A DNA stretch of 64,000 nucleotides. Source: Holophagales bacterium (GTDB lineage Bacteria; Acidobacteriota; Thermoanaerobaculia; Multivoradales; Multivoraceae). Positions 1 to 9,099 of this stretch are shown here, one piece after another. Made by a program: the position numbers and the translations under genes. How positions within the stretch are numbered: position 1 is the stretch's first letter; every line of letters begins with the position of its first letter. Location of the stretch: contig VXZQ01000001.1 of NCBI GenBank assembly GCA_009845425.1, positions 101,303 to 165,302 on the forward strand, read 5' to 3'. The notes under the pieces are model-generated. The model saw nothing but the letters and a program-made list of their open reading frames with translations. It was not told the DNA's origin and did no database searches.

Positions 1-796
1 TCTCGTCGAGCACGACCTCGGCGTGAATCCGCTTGCCGCGACCGAGCTGGTAGTTGACCGCGGAGGGTTTCTTGTCGACGCAGTAGTTCCCCGACAGCGC
101 CACGCACTGGGCACCGGTTTCCGGCTCGATCAACTCGGACACGACGCGGTCGCAGGCGATCGTCACCATGTTCATGCCCATCGCGTCGCCGGTGGCGAAG
201 CGGAAGCGCAGAAACACCGTGCTGCCGACGACCGATGGACGGATCTCCAAGAGTTTCAGGTAGCGGCTCGTCTCCTGTGCCTTGGCGCGAATCCTCTCCT
301 CGTTGGGTTCCAGCCACTCGAGCAGTCGCCGGGTGTCCTCGATCCCCGAGGTGCGGAAGACCGGAGCCCGGGTCATGCCCACGTCCTCGACGAAGACGGT
401 CGCGCCGCCCGCCGCCGTGATCGCGCGGCAGCCGCGGTTCACGCTGGCAAGCAGCGCCCCCTCGGTGGTCGCCATCGGCACGCAGACCGTGCCGTCGATC
501 TCGCTCCCCCGTACGTGAACCGGTCCGGCGACGCCCATCGGCACCTGAGCGGCGCCGATGAAGTTCTCGCAGTTCTGGGTAGACGCCCGTTCGCCGTCCA
601 GGGCGTAGCTGCCGATCGCCGTGAGCGGACCGCTGCCAGTCGCCAGGTCCAGAGCCCGGCGCCGCACCGCGGCCTGTCCCGCCGCGTCGAGGCCGGGCGG
701 CGGCCTGTGGAAGCCGCGCTCCGAGCCGGCGATCTCTGCCGCCGCGGCCTCGAGTTCGGGCGCCAGTTCCGAGCCGGACACTGGCCGATCAGCCAT
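1..796 (-). CDS. hmgA: HMG-CoA reductase, class I (archaeal/eukaryotic type); 3' end runs off the window
   Basis: Not in the ORF track because it has no stop in the window. Manual translation from ATG at 796 gives CENFIG, PMATTEGALLAS, TGDAMGMNM and SGNYCVDKKPSAVN, all class I HMGR motifs. Start overlaps the fni stop. Confidence 0.93.
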   Translation of the reverse strand, partial: MADRPVSGSELAPELEAAAAEIAGSERGFHRPPPGLDAAGQAAVRRRALDLATGSGPLTAIGSYALDGERASTQNCENFIGAAQVPMGVAGPVHVRGSEIDGTVCVPMATTEGALLASVNRGCRAITAAGGATVFVEDVGMTRAPVFRTSGIEDTRRLLEWLEPNEERIRAKAQETSRYLKLLEIRPSVVGSTVFLRFRFATGDAMGMNMVTIACDRVVSELIEPETGAQCVALSGNYCVDKKPSAVNYQLGRGKRIHAEVVLDE

Positions 797-1832
797 CGCC
801 CGTCTCCTTCAGGAGTGGCACGCGGCGGAGCGCCGACAGGTCGGCCGCGCCGGTGCAGAACATGCAGACCCGCATCTCGAAAGCTGTGCGGGAGATCCGG
901 TCGACGACCGCTTCCGTCGACGCGTTGGCCGCCTCCAGGAACGGAAACGCCATACCGGCGATGTCCGCGCCGAGAGCCAGCGCCTTCGCCGCGTCGACGC
1001 CGGAGCGGATGCCGCCGCTGCCGATCACCTGCACGCCGGGCACCGCCGCCAACTGGCGGATCGACTCCGGCGTCGGCACTCCCCAATCGGCGAAGCGCTC
1101 GCCCAGCGCCACCTCGTCGGCTCGCGCCGCCTCGATGCGCGCCCAGCTCGTGCCTCCCACTCCGGCCGTGTCCAGGATCCGGACGCCGACGTTGGCGAGT
1201 TGCCGGCCGACCGCGGCCGAAACGCCGCAACCGATCTCCTTGACAACGACCGGCACGTCCAGCGCCTCGACCACCCGGGCGATCTTCGGCAGCAGTCCCC
1301 GGAAGTTCAGTTGGCCTTCCGGCTGCAGCGCCTCCTGCAGCGCATTCAGGTGCAGCACCAGGGCGTCCGCCTCGATCATGTCGACGGCCCGGCGGCACTC
1401 GTCGATGCCGTAGCCGTAGTTCAGTTGCACCGCACCCAGATTGGCCAGGATCGGCACGCTTGGAGCGAACTCGCGCACCCGGAACGTCGCCGCGGTCTCC
1501 GGATCGTCAATCGCCTTGCGCTGCGAACCGACGCCGAGAGCAACCCGCCTCGCCTCGGCCGCCTCGGCCAGACGGCGATTGATCTCCTCCGCGGCGCCCG
1601 TCCCCCCCGTCATGCAGGAGATGAGCAACGGCGCCTCGAGCTCCCGTCCCAGGAAGCCGGCGCCAATGCGGACGTCGTCGAAATCGATCTCCGGCAGCGC
1701 CCGATGCTCGAACCGGTAGTCGTCGAAGTAGCTGCGCTCGACCTGCATCCGCCGATCCAGCGCCAGCCGGATGTGCTCAGCCTTGCGATCCCGCTCTCCC
1801 TCCGCCGCCGCCAGCAGCGGACGGGTACTCAA
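789..1832 (-). CDS. fni: Type 2 (FMN-dependent) isopentenyl-diphosphate delta-isomerase
   Basis: RKAEHI, MTGG, GVGSQR, HLNALQE..QPEG, KEIGCG, GGTSW and SGGIRSG motifs; adjacent to HMGR. Confidence 0.95.
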   Translation of the reverse strand: MSTRPLLAAAEGERDRKAEHIRLALDRRMQVERSYFDDYRFEHRALPEIDFDDVRIGAGFLGRELEAPLLISCMTGGTGAAEEINRRLAEAAEARRVALGVGSQRKAIDDPETAATFRVREFAPSVPILANLGAVQLNYGYGIDECRRAVDMIEADALVLHLNALQEALQPEGQLNFRGLLPKIARVVEALDVPVVVKEIGCGVSAAVGRQLANVGVRILDTAGVGGTSWARIEAARADEVALGERFADWGVPTPESIRQLAAVPGVQVIGSGGIRSGVDAAKALALGADIAGMAFPFLEAANASTEAVVDRISRTAFEMRVCMFCTGAADLSALRRVPLLKETGDG

Positions 1833-1922
1833 GAAACCGCCCCAATCTTGCGGCTACACATGCGCGGCACTGTACCGGAATTCGCGTAAGTGAAGCGTTC
1901 ACGGTCGGATGCGGCTGCGGAA

Positions 1923-2035
1923 GCACCCGCCTGAAGCGGGTCCGGGGGGGAGGGTCCCAGACGGACTCTCTTCAGGCTGGACGTCGGGCATTGGCACCCG
2001 GTCAGCGGTGTAGGGGCGATCCGACCGCGCTCTGG
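1923..2035 (+). repeat. Dispersed structured repeat family A, copy 1
   Basis: GCACCCGCCTGAAGCGGGTCCGGGGGGGAGGGTCCCAG...CGACCGCGCTC, similar to the copies at 2532-2624 (-) and 28402-28502 (+). Confidence 0.75.
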
Positions 2036-2056
2036 AGGAGCGCAGTCTGGAAGTGC

Positions 2057-2323
2057 CTAGGCGAGCAGGCGATCCAGCGCGGTAACCAAGGTCGTGACTG
2101 CGCCAGCGACCAACACCATGCGCCACGTGAGACGAGCCTCCATCGCGCCCAGGTCGCCACGTAACTCGGCCAGATCGCCGCGCAACTCGGCCAAGTCGGA
2201 TCGAGTCGCGACCCCCTCCGTAGCGGCGGACCGTATCGTCGCGGTCACCGCCGCGGCTTGCGCCGGATCCATGCCGGCACCTTCGAGCGTCCGGGCCGCC
2301 GCAAGCGTGTCGAAGGTCGTCAT
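2057..2323 (-). CDS. Small DUF1640/CCDC90-like coiled-coil membrane protein (88 aa)
   Basis: N-terminus MTTFDTLAAARTLEGAGMDPAQAAA, VATRSDL plus DLAELRG heptads, C-terminal TM helix; TAGGCT 8 nt upstream of the ATG at 2323. Confidence 0.75.
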   Translation of the reverse strand: MTTFDTLAAARTLEGAGMDPAQAAAVTATIRSAATEGVATRSDLAELRGDLAELRGDLGAMEARLTWRMVLVAGAVTTLVTALDRLLA

Positions 2324-2531
2324 CCGGTTGGAGCCTAACAGTCGGTTCGGTGTGTTAGAGGCGGGGCTCGCGTAGCTACCTCCCTCTACGGACCTAGACG
2401 CAAAGCCGCCGTTTTCTCCATCAGCCGATGACGGCTGCCGCCTCGCGCGATCTTCCAGAAGCCGGCGAGGACGCCGGCGCACCCAATGTGGAGCGCCGTG
2501 AGCACGGTACAGCCTCCAGCCTGTCCCAGGG

Positions 2532-2624
2532 GTCGGACCGCAGCGAGCGCCGACCGTTCATCCACTCAGAAAGCGCGAGCGGCCGCTGGGACCCTCCCCT
2601 CCGGCCCCGCCGGCAGGCGGGTGC
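2532..2624 (-). repeat. Dispersed structured repeat family A, copy 2 (inverted relative to copy 1)
   Basis: Reverse complement reads GCACCCGCCTGCCGGCGGGGCCGGAGGGGAGGGTCCCAGCGGCCGCTC...TCGCTGCGGTCCGAC. Confidence 0.75.
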
Positions 2625-2666
2625 GTCCGACCACCCTCCGCCACCGCGCCGCAGCCGCGCGATATC

Positions 2667-3716
2667 TCAGCCGCCGATGCGGAACATCTCGACGCGCTGG
2701 GGAGCAGGCTGCAGGCCGGCGCGGAGGCGTTCGGCGCGGACTTCGGAGTAGCGGTCTTCGCGCTGGCGCCAGTGGGCGGCGAGGAAGGCGAGTAGCTCTT
2801 CGTCCGTGGCGCCGGCGCGCATACGGTCCCGGAGCGAGGGGCCGGTGTCGGCGAACAGGCAGGTGTAAAGCCGGCCGTCGGAGGAGAGGCGGGCCCTGGC
2901 GCAGTCGCCGCAGAAGGGGCGGCTGATCGAGGGGATGACGCCGAACTCCACGCCGTCGTCGAGGTAGCGGAAGCGCTCGGCGACGTCGCTGGGTTGGGCG
3001 CGGTCGACGGGTTCGAAGGGCCACCGTTCGGCGATGCGGTCCGCGATCCCGGAGGCAGTGACGACCTGGTCGAGGCTCCAGTCGTTCACTGTCCCGACAT
3101 CCATGAACTCGATGAAACGGACGATGTGGCCGCGTTCCTTGAAGTAACCGGCGATGTCGGCGACTTCGCCCTCGTTCGTGCCCTTCATGACCACCGTGTT
3201 GATCTTGATCGGACCGAGGCCGGCCTCCGCCGCCGCGTCGATGCCCTCGAGCACCTGGCCGACACCGTGGCCCAGTCCCGTCACCCGGCCGAAGACGTCG
3301 TCGTGCAGGGACTCGACGCTGACGGTCACCCGGTCGAGGCCGGCGTCCGCGAGCGCCCGCGCCTTCTGCGCCAGCAGGGCGCCGTTCGTCGTCAGCGCCA
3401 GGTCTTCGATTCCCGGCACCGCGGCCAGGATCCCGACCAGTTCCTCGATGTCACGGCGCAGCAACGGCTCGCCTCCCGTCAGCCGCAGCTTGCGGACGCC
3501 GAGCTGCACGAAGAGCCGGACCAGGCGCTCGATTTCCTCGAACGTCATCAACTGCTGCCTGGGCAGGAACCTGTACTCGCGGTCCGCCGGCATGCAGAAA
3601 GTGCAGCGGAAGTTGCAGCGGTCGATGACCGAGATGCGCAGGTCGCGCACCGGCCGGCCGAGGCGGTCGGTCACCGCGACCGAGGACGTGCCGCCATTCG
3701 TGGAGTCGAGGGTCAT
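2667..3716 (-). CDS. moaA: GTP 3',8-cyclase (molybdenum cofactor biosynthesis)
   Basis: DLRISVIDRCNFRCTFC radical-SAM motif, LTGGEPLLR, FCGDCARARL..DGRLYTCL, C-terminal GG. Confidence 0.96.
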   Translation of the reverse strand: MTLDSTNGGTSSVAVTDRLGRPVRDLRISVIDRCNFRCTFCMPADREYRFLPRQQLMTFEEIERLVRLFVQLGVRKLRLTGGEPLLRRDIEELVGILAAVPGIEDLALTTNGALLAQKARALADAGLDRVTVSVESLHDDVFGRVTGLGHGVGQVLEGIDAAAEAGLGPIKINTVVMKGTNEGEVADIAGYFKERGHIVRFIEFMDVGTVNDWSLDQVVTASGIADRIAERWPFEPVDRAQPSDVAERFRYLDDGVEFGVIPSISRPFCGDCARARLSSDGRLYTCLFADTGPSLRDRMRAGATDEELLAFLAAHWRQREDRYSEVRAERLRAGLQPAPQRVEMFRIGG

Positions 3717-3740
3717 GGACCGACAATGCTACGCGAGCGC

Positions 3741-4673
3741 TCAGCGCTCGGCGCGCAACCAGTCGTCGATCAACCGGCGGGCGATCGAGAACGGCGGCGG
3801 CAGACGGACTTCGCGGGCGCGGAGCGCGTACTCCAGTTCGGAGCGGGTCGCCCACACCGCCTGTTCCAGTTCCTCGGTGTCGACCTGCACGTCGCCGCCG
3901 GGCGAGGTCGCGTAGAAGCCGAGCATGATCGAGGTCGGGAACGGCCACGGCTGGGAGGAGTGGTAGCGGACCGTGTCGACTGCGATGCCGGTTTCCTCCC
4001 GGACCTCGCGCGCGACCGCGCTCTCCAGGCTCTCGCCGGGCTCGACGAAGCCGGCGAGCGCCGAGAACATGCCGGGCGGCCAGGAGGCCTGCCGGCCCAG
4101 CAGACAGGATCCGCCGTCGCCGGCCTCCGTGTGGACGAGCATGATGACGGCCGGATCCGTGCGCGGAAAGTGCTCGATGCCGCACGCCGTGCAGACGCGC
4201 AGGTGGCCGGCGTTGCGGCTCTCGGTCGCGGCGCCGCACTGGCCGCAGAAGCGGTGCCGGCGATGCCAGGTGGCCATGGCGCGCGCGTAGGCGAGGAGGT
4301 TGGCGCCGCGGCCGCTCATCGCCGCGCCGACCTGGCGCAGCTCGACGAAGCGGCCGGCGCCCCTGAGCGGGCCGGCGAGCGGGTCTTCCCTCTCGGAGAG
4401 GTCGACCGAGAAGTAGGCGACGCCCTCCGCTTCCCCCAGGAACACGACATCCTCCGCGCCGTCGACCAGCCCGGCCGCCTCGACGGTCGCCACCGTGCCG
4501 GGAACCGGCCCCCGGTCTCCGGTGTGAGCGTCGAGAACCAGGCTGCGCTCGCGCCAGACCACGGTCAACTGGCTGCTCGGATCCGCCAGTCTCCGGGCCA
4601 GCCACTCGGCGTCGCCGCGCCGCTCCGAGCGCCGGTCGACCGCCGGTTCGGCCAGAACGTTGTGTGCCCTCAT
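3741..4673 (-). CDS. nudC: NAD(+) diphosphatase
   Basis: FCGQCG...CTAC zinc ribbon, FPRTDPAVI, Nudix box GFVEPGESLESAVAREVREETG, SQPWPFP signature. Confidence 0.95.
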   Translation of the reverse strand: MRAHNVLAEPAVDRRSERRGDAEWLARRLADPSSQLTVVWRERSLVLDAHTGDRGPVPGTVATVEAAGLVDGAEDVVFLGEAEGVAYFSVDLSEREDPLAGPLRGAGRFVELRQVGAAMSGRGANLLAYARAMATWHRRHRFCGQCGAATESRNAGHLRVCTACGIEHFPRTDPAVIMLVHTEAGDGGSCLLGRQASWPPGMFSALAGFVEPGESLESAVAREVREETGIAVDTVRYHSSQPWPFPTSIMLGFYATSPGGDVQVDTEELEQAVWATRSELEYALRAREVRLPPPFSIARRLIDDWLRAER

Positions 4674-4695
4674 GCTCCGCAGGCTACAGCGCGGG

Positions 4696-5808
4696 TCAGT
4701 CGGCTCGGCGGTAGGCCATCGCTTCCGAGACGCGGCGCTGGGCGATGCTCATCGCCGCCTCGCGCAAGAGGCAGTCCTCGGCCCGGGCCAGCTCCAGGAT
4801 CTCCCGCATGTTCTGGCGTATCGTGTCCTCGATCCTCTCGAACGCCTGCCGCTCGGAGCCGCCCGCGTACTCGACGGCGCCGCAGATGATGCCGCCGGCG
4901 TTGGCCACGAAGTCGGGAATCGAGAGGACGCCACGGTCGTGGAGAATCCGCTCTCCCGCCGCCGTCACCGGGATGTTCGCGCCCTGGAGCACCACCTTGC
5001 AGCCGACCCGGCCGGCGTTGCCGCTGTCGATCACATCGGGGCGCGCGGCCGGCACGAAGAAGTCGACTTCCAGGTCCAGGAAGGCGTCGCCTTCGACCTT
5101 TTGGCCACGCGGGTGCGCGGTGACGCCGCCGGTCGCGTCCATCGTCGCCACGAGTTCGTCGATGTCGAGGCCGTCGGGATCGTGAATCGTGCCGTCGAGA
5201 TCGGTGACCGACACGAGGCGCGCGCCCCGCTCGGCCAGGAACCGGGCCGCCGGCCGCCCGACGTTGCCGAAGCCCTGGATGGAAACGGTGGCGCCTTCGA
5301 GCGCCACCACGCCCGCCTCCTCTGCCACCTCGGCGGCGATGGCGAGACCGAAACCGGTCGATCCGCTCTCGTCGAGCGGAATCCCGCCCAGAGACCTGGA
5401 CAGGCCGACGGAGCGGCCCCCCTCGTCGCGGATCCAGGCCATCGCGGTCTCGTTCGTCCCCATGTCGGGGGCCGGGATGTAGTCCGTCAACTGCCGGATC
5501 GCGCGGCCGAACTGCCGAATCAGGGCCTCGCGGTTCGCCGTCCGCGGATTCGCCCGGATGCCCGCCTTGCCGCCGCCGTGGCGCAGGCGCGCCATGGCGT
5601 TCTTCCAGGTCATGGCCCGCGCCAGCCGGCACACCTCCTCCACGGTGACGTCCGGCGCCATGCGGATTCCGCCCATCGTGGGGCCGGCGGCGCTGTTGTC
5701 GATGACGACGATCCCCTCCAGGCCGCAACGGGGCTCGTAGACGGTGACGACCTTCTCGGGACCGTAGCCGTCCGTGAATTCGAAGTGGTCGAAAGCAAGT
5801 TCTGACAT
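4696..5808 (-). CDS. Glu/Leu/Phe/Val dehydrogenase (370 aa)
   Basis: GGIRM, MTWK, GGGKAGI, APDMGT, QGFGNVG, GAN, PDFVANAGG. Start moved to ATG 5808, which follows a GGAGG SD. Confidence 0.92.
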   Translation of the reverse strand: MSELAFDHFEFTDGYGPEKVVTVYEPRCGLEGIVVIDNSAAGPTMGGIRMAPDVTVEEVCRLARAMTWKNAMARLRHGGGKAGIRANPRTANREALIRQFGRAIRQLTDYIPAPDMGTNETAMAWIRDEGGRSVGLSRSLGGIPLDESGSTGFGLAIAAEVAEEAGVVALEGATVSIQGFGNVGRPAARFLAERGARLVSVTDLDGTIHDPDGLDIDELVATMDATGGVTAHPRGQKVEGDAFLDLEVDFFVPAARPDVIDSGNAGRVGCKVVLQGANIPVTAAGERILHDRGVLSIPDFVANAGGIICGAVEYAGGSERQAFERIEDTIRQNMREILELARAEDCLLREAAMSIAQRRVSEAMAYRRAD

Positions 5809-5914
5809 CGGTGTTCCTCCCGCTACCGCCAAACACCGATCGGATGCGACTACTTCCCGATTCCCGCCCCGCGCTCTCGGCAGGGCCAGCCTTCCACGCG
5901 CCTGGCTTGCGCGA

Positions 5915-6475
5915 TCAGGCGCCCTCCCCGAGCAACACGAGCACCGCCTCCTCGAACTCCGAGTACAGCATCCGCCCCAGGTGGATGTTGTCGAGCGTTC
6001 CGGCTCGGTCGAAGAACATCGTGGTCGGCAACGCTCCAGGCCACTCCGGATCGAGTGCCATGACGAAGGCGACCGAGTCGTCGCCTGCCGACGCAAGGTA
6101 GGAGACGAGGCCCGGCGCCCGCTTGGCGAAGAAGGGACGCACCCGGTCCTCGAGCTTTTCCGAATCGTCCATCGATACGGCCAGCACTACGAGGCCGCGG
6201 TCGGCGTAGCGTTCCTGCAGGAGGTCGAGTTCCGGCAACTCCTGCAGACACGGAATGCACCAGGTGGCCCAGAAGTTGACGACGACCACTTTGCCGCGAT
6301 GGTGCTCCAGAACCGCCTTGAACTGCTCGGCGGTTGCCGGGTGGATCGTGTCCGGTTCGAGCAGATGTTCCACCGACGCCGCCTCCTCGGCGAGCGCCGG
6401 CGGTGCTACGGCAGGCAGCGCAGCAAGCAGCGCCGCCGCCGAGACGACAATCGCGACTGGTGTCTTGACGGACAA
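5915..6475 (-). CDS. TlpA/ResA-like thioredoxin-fold disulfide reductase, exported
   Basis: Signal peptide, GKVVVVNFWATWCIPCLQELP, LPTTMFFD cis-Pro loop. Confidence 0.9.
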   Translation of the reverse strand: MSVKTPVAIVVSAAALLAALPAVAPPALAEEAASVEHLLEPDTIHPATAEQFKAVLEHHRGKVVVVNFWATWCIPCLQELPELDLLQERYADRGLVVLAVSMDDSEKLEDRVRPFFAKRAPGLVSYLASAGDDSVAFVMALDPEWPGALPTTMFFDRAGTLDNIHLGRMLYSEFEEAVLVLLGEGA

Positions 6476-6574
6476 TGCGAACCTCCTGTTCCCGCGGCGG
6501 CCGACTCCGTGGGAGCAGGCTCTACCCGGCCCGCAGTATAGACCCGTCGCCGCCGCAACTGTGCTTCGGCCGGT

Positions 6575-6770
6575 CTAGGGCTCGGTTTCGAGCGCCCCTT
6601 CGAACAGCCTCGCGAACTGGAGGTAGGTGCGCGTGCCGATCACGGTCTCCACGAGCCGACCCTCCGCATCGTAGATCAGGGTCGTCGGGAACTTGGACGG
6701 CCAGTTCTCGTAGAACGCGCGGATGAACTCCCTTCCCTCCTCCCACCGCTCCCTTTTCTTCTTTCGGCCT
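6575..6770 (-). pseudogene. Truncated TlpA-like paralog (C-terminal part only, no CxxC, no usable start)
   Basis: EFIRAFYENWPSKFPTTLIYDAEGRLVETVIGTRTYLQF aligns by eye with AFVMALDPEWPGALPTTMFFDRAGTLDNIHLGRMLYSEF in the adjacent TlpA. Confidence 0.55.
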
Positions 6771-6773
6771 TGC

Positions 6774-7673
6774 TCAAGCCGCGCGGTACTTCGACCCCTC
6801 CCGTTCGACGCGGCCGTCGCGTTCGAGACGGTCGAGGTGCAACTGCATGCTGTTCCGTTCGGCCTTCGCGATACCGGCTCCCTCGTCGTGAGGCCGGTAG
6901 ACGAAGCGGTGCGCGACGATCTCGTCCATCGTCCGCGGCTCCGCCAGGTACTCGAGCAGGCGGCGTTCACGGTCGGCTATGCGGGCCACGTAGTGGTCAA
7001 GCCGACCAAGAAAGGCGTCGCGGTCGTCGAGCAGGCCGATGTGATGGCCGGTGACGTAGTGCCTTGCCTCGATGCCGCGCACCAGTTCGAGCGAACGTTC
7101 GAACGCTTCCAGGTCCGACCAGGCGTCGCCGTAGTACGGGCCGAACCCGGTCAGGTCGATGTCGCCCAGGAACAGGACGCCGTCGGGCTCGACCAGGAGG
7201 ACACAGTGGCCGCGGGTATGGCCGGGGGTGTGGTTGACTCGTACCGAGACGCCGCCGCCGAGGTCAAACAGGTCGCCGTCCCGGAAGGGCACGGCGTCCG
7301 GCCGCGGCTCGTAGAAGAACGTCGTCTTCAGAAAGTGGCCGTACTCCTCGCGGCGCTCCGGCTCGACACCGAAGATGCTCAGGAAGCCGTCGAAGTCGAC
7401 CAGCCCCGGCAGATCTTCCTCGTGGACGTACACCGGAGCGTCCCGAAACAGGGGCAACGCGGCGGTGTGGTCCTCGTGGCAGTGGCTGAGCAGAACGAGG
7501 TCGACCGGCGGGAGAGCGTTCCGGCCACGGACCCGAACGCCGAGCGACGGGTCGACGAGCATCGTCGACTCGGCGCCCTCGATCAGCAGGGCGTTGTTGT
7601 CCGGGTACTTGCCGCCACCGGCGCCGAACAGGATGGTCGCGGCGCCGAGCCGGCGGTCTTCCAGTTCGGTCAC
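6774..7673 (-). CDS. MBL-fold metallo-hydrolase
   Basis: SHCHEDH, TPGHTRGH, FLGD and TGH motifs. Confidence 0.88.
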   Translation of the reverse strand: MTELEDRRLGAATILFGAGGGKYPDNNALLIEGAESTMLVDPSLGVRVRGRNALPPVDLVLLSHCHEDHTAALPLFRDAPVYVHEEDLPGLVDFDGFLSIFGVEPERREEYGHFLKTTFFYEPRPDAVPFRDGDLFDLGGGVSVRVNHTPGHTRGHCVLLVEPDGVLFLGDIDLTGFGPYYGDAWSDLEAFERSLELVRGIEARHYVTGHHIGLLDDRDAFLGRLDHYVARIADRERRLLEYLAEPRTMDEIVAHRFVYRPHDEGAGIAKAERNSMQLHLDRLERDGRVEREGSKYRAA

Positions 7674-7674
7674 C

Positions 7675-9045
7675 TCAGCCGGCCGACGCCTCGGCGCCCG
7701 TCACCTGGGGAAGCCGCCAGCCGTTGTGGTACTCGGCCCGGAGCAGCGCGTTCGCCTCGTCGTCACCGGTGAAGCGTCCCGCCTCGTGGTCCCAGTAGAC
7801 CCGCCGGCCGGTGCGGAAGGCGATGTTGCCCAGGTGTGCGTTCACGGCGACCAGAGCACCGACGTCCGCGTTGCAGCGCGGCTGCTCCCGGGTCTTCATG
7901 CACTCGATGAAATCCTCGGTGTGCTGGGCCAGACCCCGTTGACTCCGGGAGGCTTCCCGATCGGGGATGGCGGGCGTCTTGTAGAACCTCTTGCCGTCCT
8001 CGCGGCCGACCTCGGGAAGCACCTCCCAGCCGCCGCGGTCGATCACCAGGGTGCCCCTGTTGCCGACGAAGGACACGCCGTGTCCGCGCTGGTGCGGACC
8101 CAGGCCGATTCCCAGACCGTGCTCCCAGACCATCGTGAAGTCGTCGTACTCGTAGATCGCCTGTTGCGTGTCCGGCGTCTCCATCGCGCTGTCCGGATAG
8201 CCGAACGCCCCACCCAGGGACATCACGGACTTGGGCGCGGTCGCCTTCATGCCCATCAGCACCATGTCGATCAGGTGGACGCCCCAGTCCGTCATCAGGC
8301 CGCCCGCGTAGTCCCAGTACCAGCGGAAGTCCCAGTGGAACCGGCGCTCGTTGAAGGGACGCTTCGGCGCGGGGCCAAGCCACATGTCGTAGTCGACGCC
8401 CTTGGGCGGCTTCGAGTCCGGCACCGGCATCGGCGCGTCCCAGCTCATGTAGGCCCAGGCCCTGGCGGTACGGATCTGGCCCAGCTCGCCGGACCAGAGG
8501 TACTCCATCGCGTCCTGCCAGTGCTTGCCCGAACGCTGCCACTGACCGACCTGGACCACCCGACCGTAGGCCCTGGCCGCCTGCTGCATGATGCGGACCT
8601 CCTCGATCGAGTTCGCCATCGGCTTCTCGACGTAGACGTCCTTCCCCGCCTCGCAGGCGTCCACCATGATCTTGCAGTGCCAGTGGTCCGGTGTGGCGAT
8701 GATCACCGCGTCGATGTCTTTGTCCTCGAGCAGCTTGCGGTAGTCGGTGTAGGCGTCCGGCTTGCTGTCGGTCAGTTTCTTGAAGTCCTCGATCCGTTCA
8801 TCGAGGACGTTTCGGTCGACGTCGCAGAGAGCCGCGCACTCCACCCCGTCGATGTCGAGCATCGAGCGCATGTTGCTCGAGCCCATGCCTCTCACGCCGA
8901 TCGCGCCGACGCGGATCCGGTCGCTCGCGGGCACCGCCTTGCCGCGCGCCGGTCGCGCGAACGCCGCGCCCGCCGCGCCGAGCCCGGTAGCGGCTGCTCC
9001 GAGACCGCCCACGCCATGAAGAAAAGAACGCCTGGTGGTCGTCAT
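7675..9045 (-). CDS. Gfo/Idh/MocA family oxidoreductase with Tat signal
   Basis: MTTTRRSFL twin-arginine signal, GVRGMG, ATPDHWH, YVEKPM, DWGVHLID; start moved to ATG 9045. Confidence 0.92.
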   Translation of the reverse strand: MTTTRRSFLHGVGGLGAAATGLGAAGAAFARPARGKAVPASDRIRVGAIGVRGMGSSNMRSMLDIDGVECAALCDVDRNVLDERIEDFKKLTDSKPDAYTDYRKLLEDKDIDAVIIATPDHWHCKIMVDACEAGKDVYVEKPMANSIEEVRIMQQAARAYGRVVQVGQWQRSGKHWQDAMEYLWSGELGQIRTARAWAYMSWDAPMPVPDSKPPKGVDYDMWLGPAPKRPFNERRFHWDFRWYWDYAGGLMTDWGVHLIDMVLMGMKATAPKSVMSLGGAFGYPDSAMETPDTQQAIYEYDDFTMVWEHGLGIGLGPHQRGHGVSFVGNRGTLVIDRGGWEVLPEVGREDGKRFYKTPAIPDREASRSQRGLAQHTEDFIECMKTREQPRCNADVGALVAVNAHLGNIAFRTGRRVYWDHEAGRFTGDDEANALLRAEYHNGWRLPQVTGAEASAG

Positions 9046-9099
9046 CGTCTCACTCCCCGCCTGAATCCGCTGTGTTCCGGGTCCGCTGTACACTGCGCC

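Noticed and set aside
6774-6776. Selenocysteine or readthrough at the MBL hydrolase TGA into the thioredoxin fragment
   Set aside because: The fragment is in a different reading frame.
7375-9099. N-terminal ~575 aa of the 993-aa track ORF, suggesting a giant adenosine deaminase fusion
   Set aside because: It is the antisense shadow of the Gfo/Idh/MocA gene. The deaminase begins at ATG 9100.
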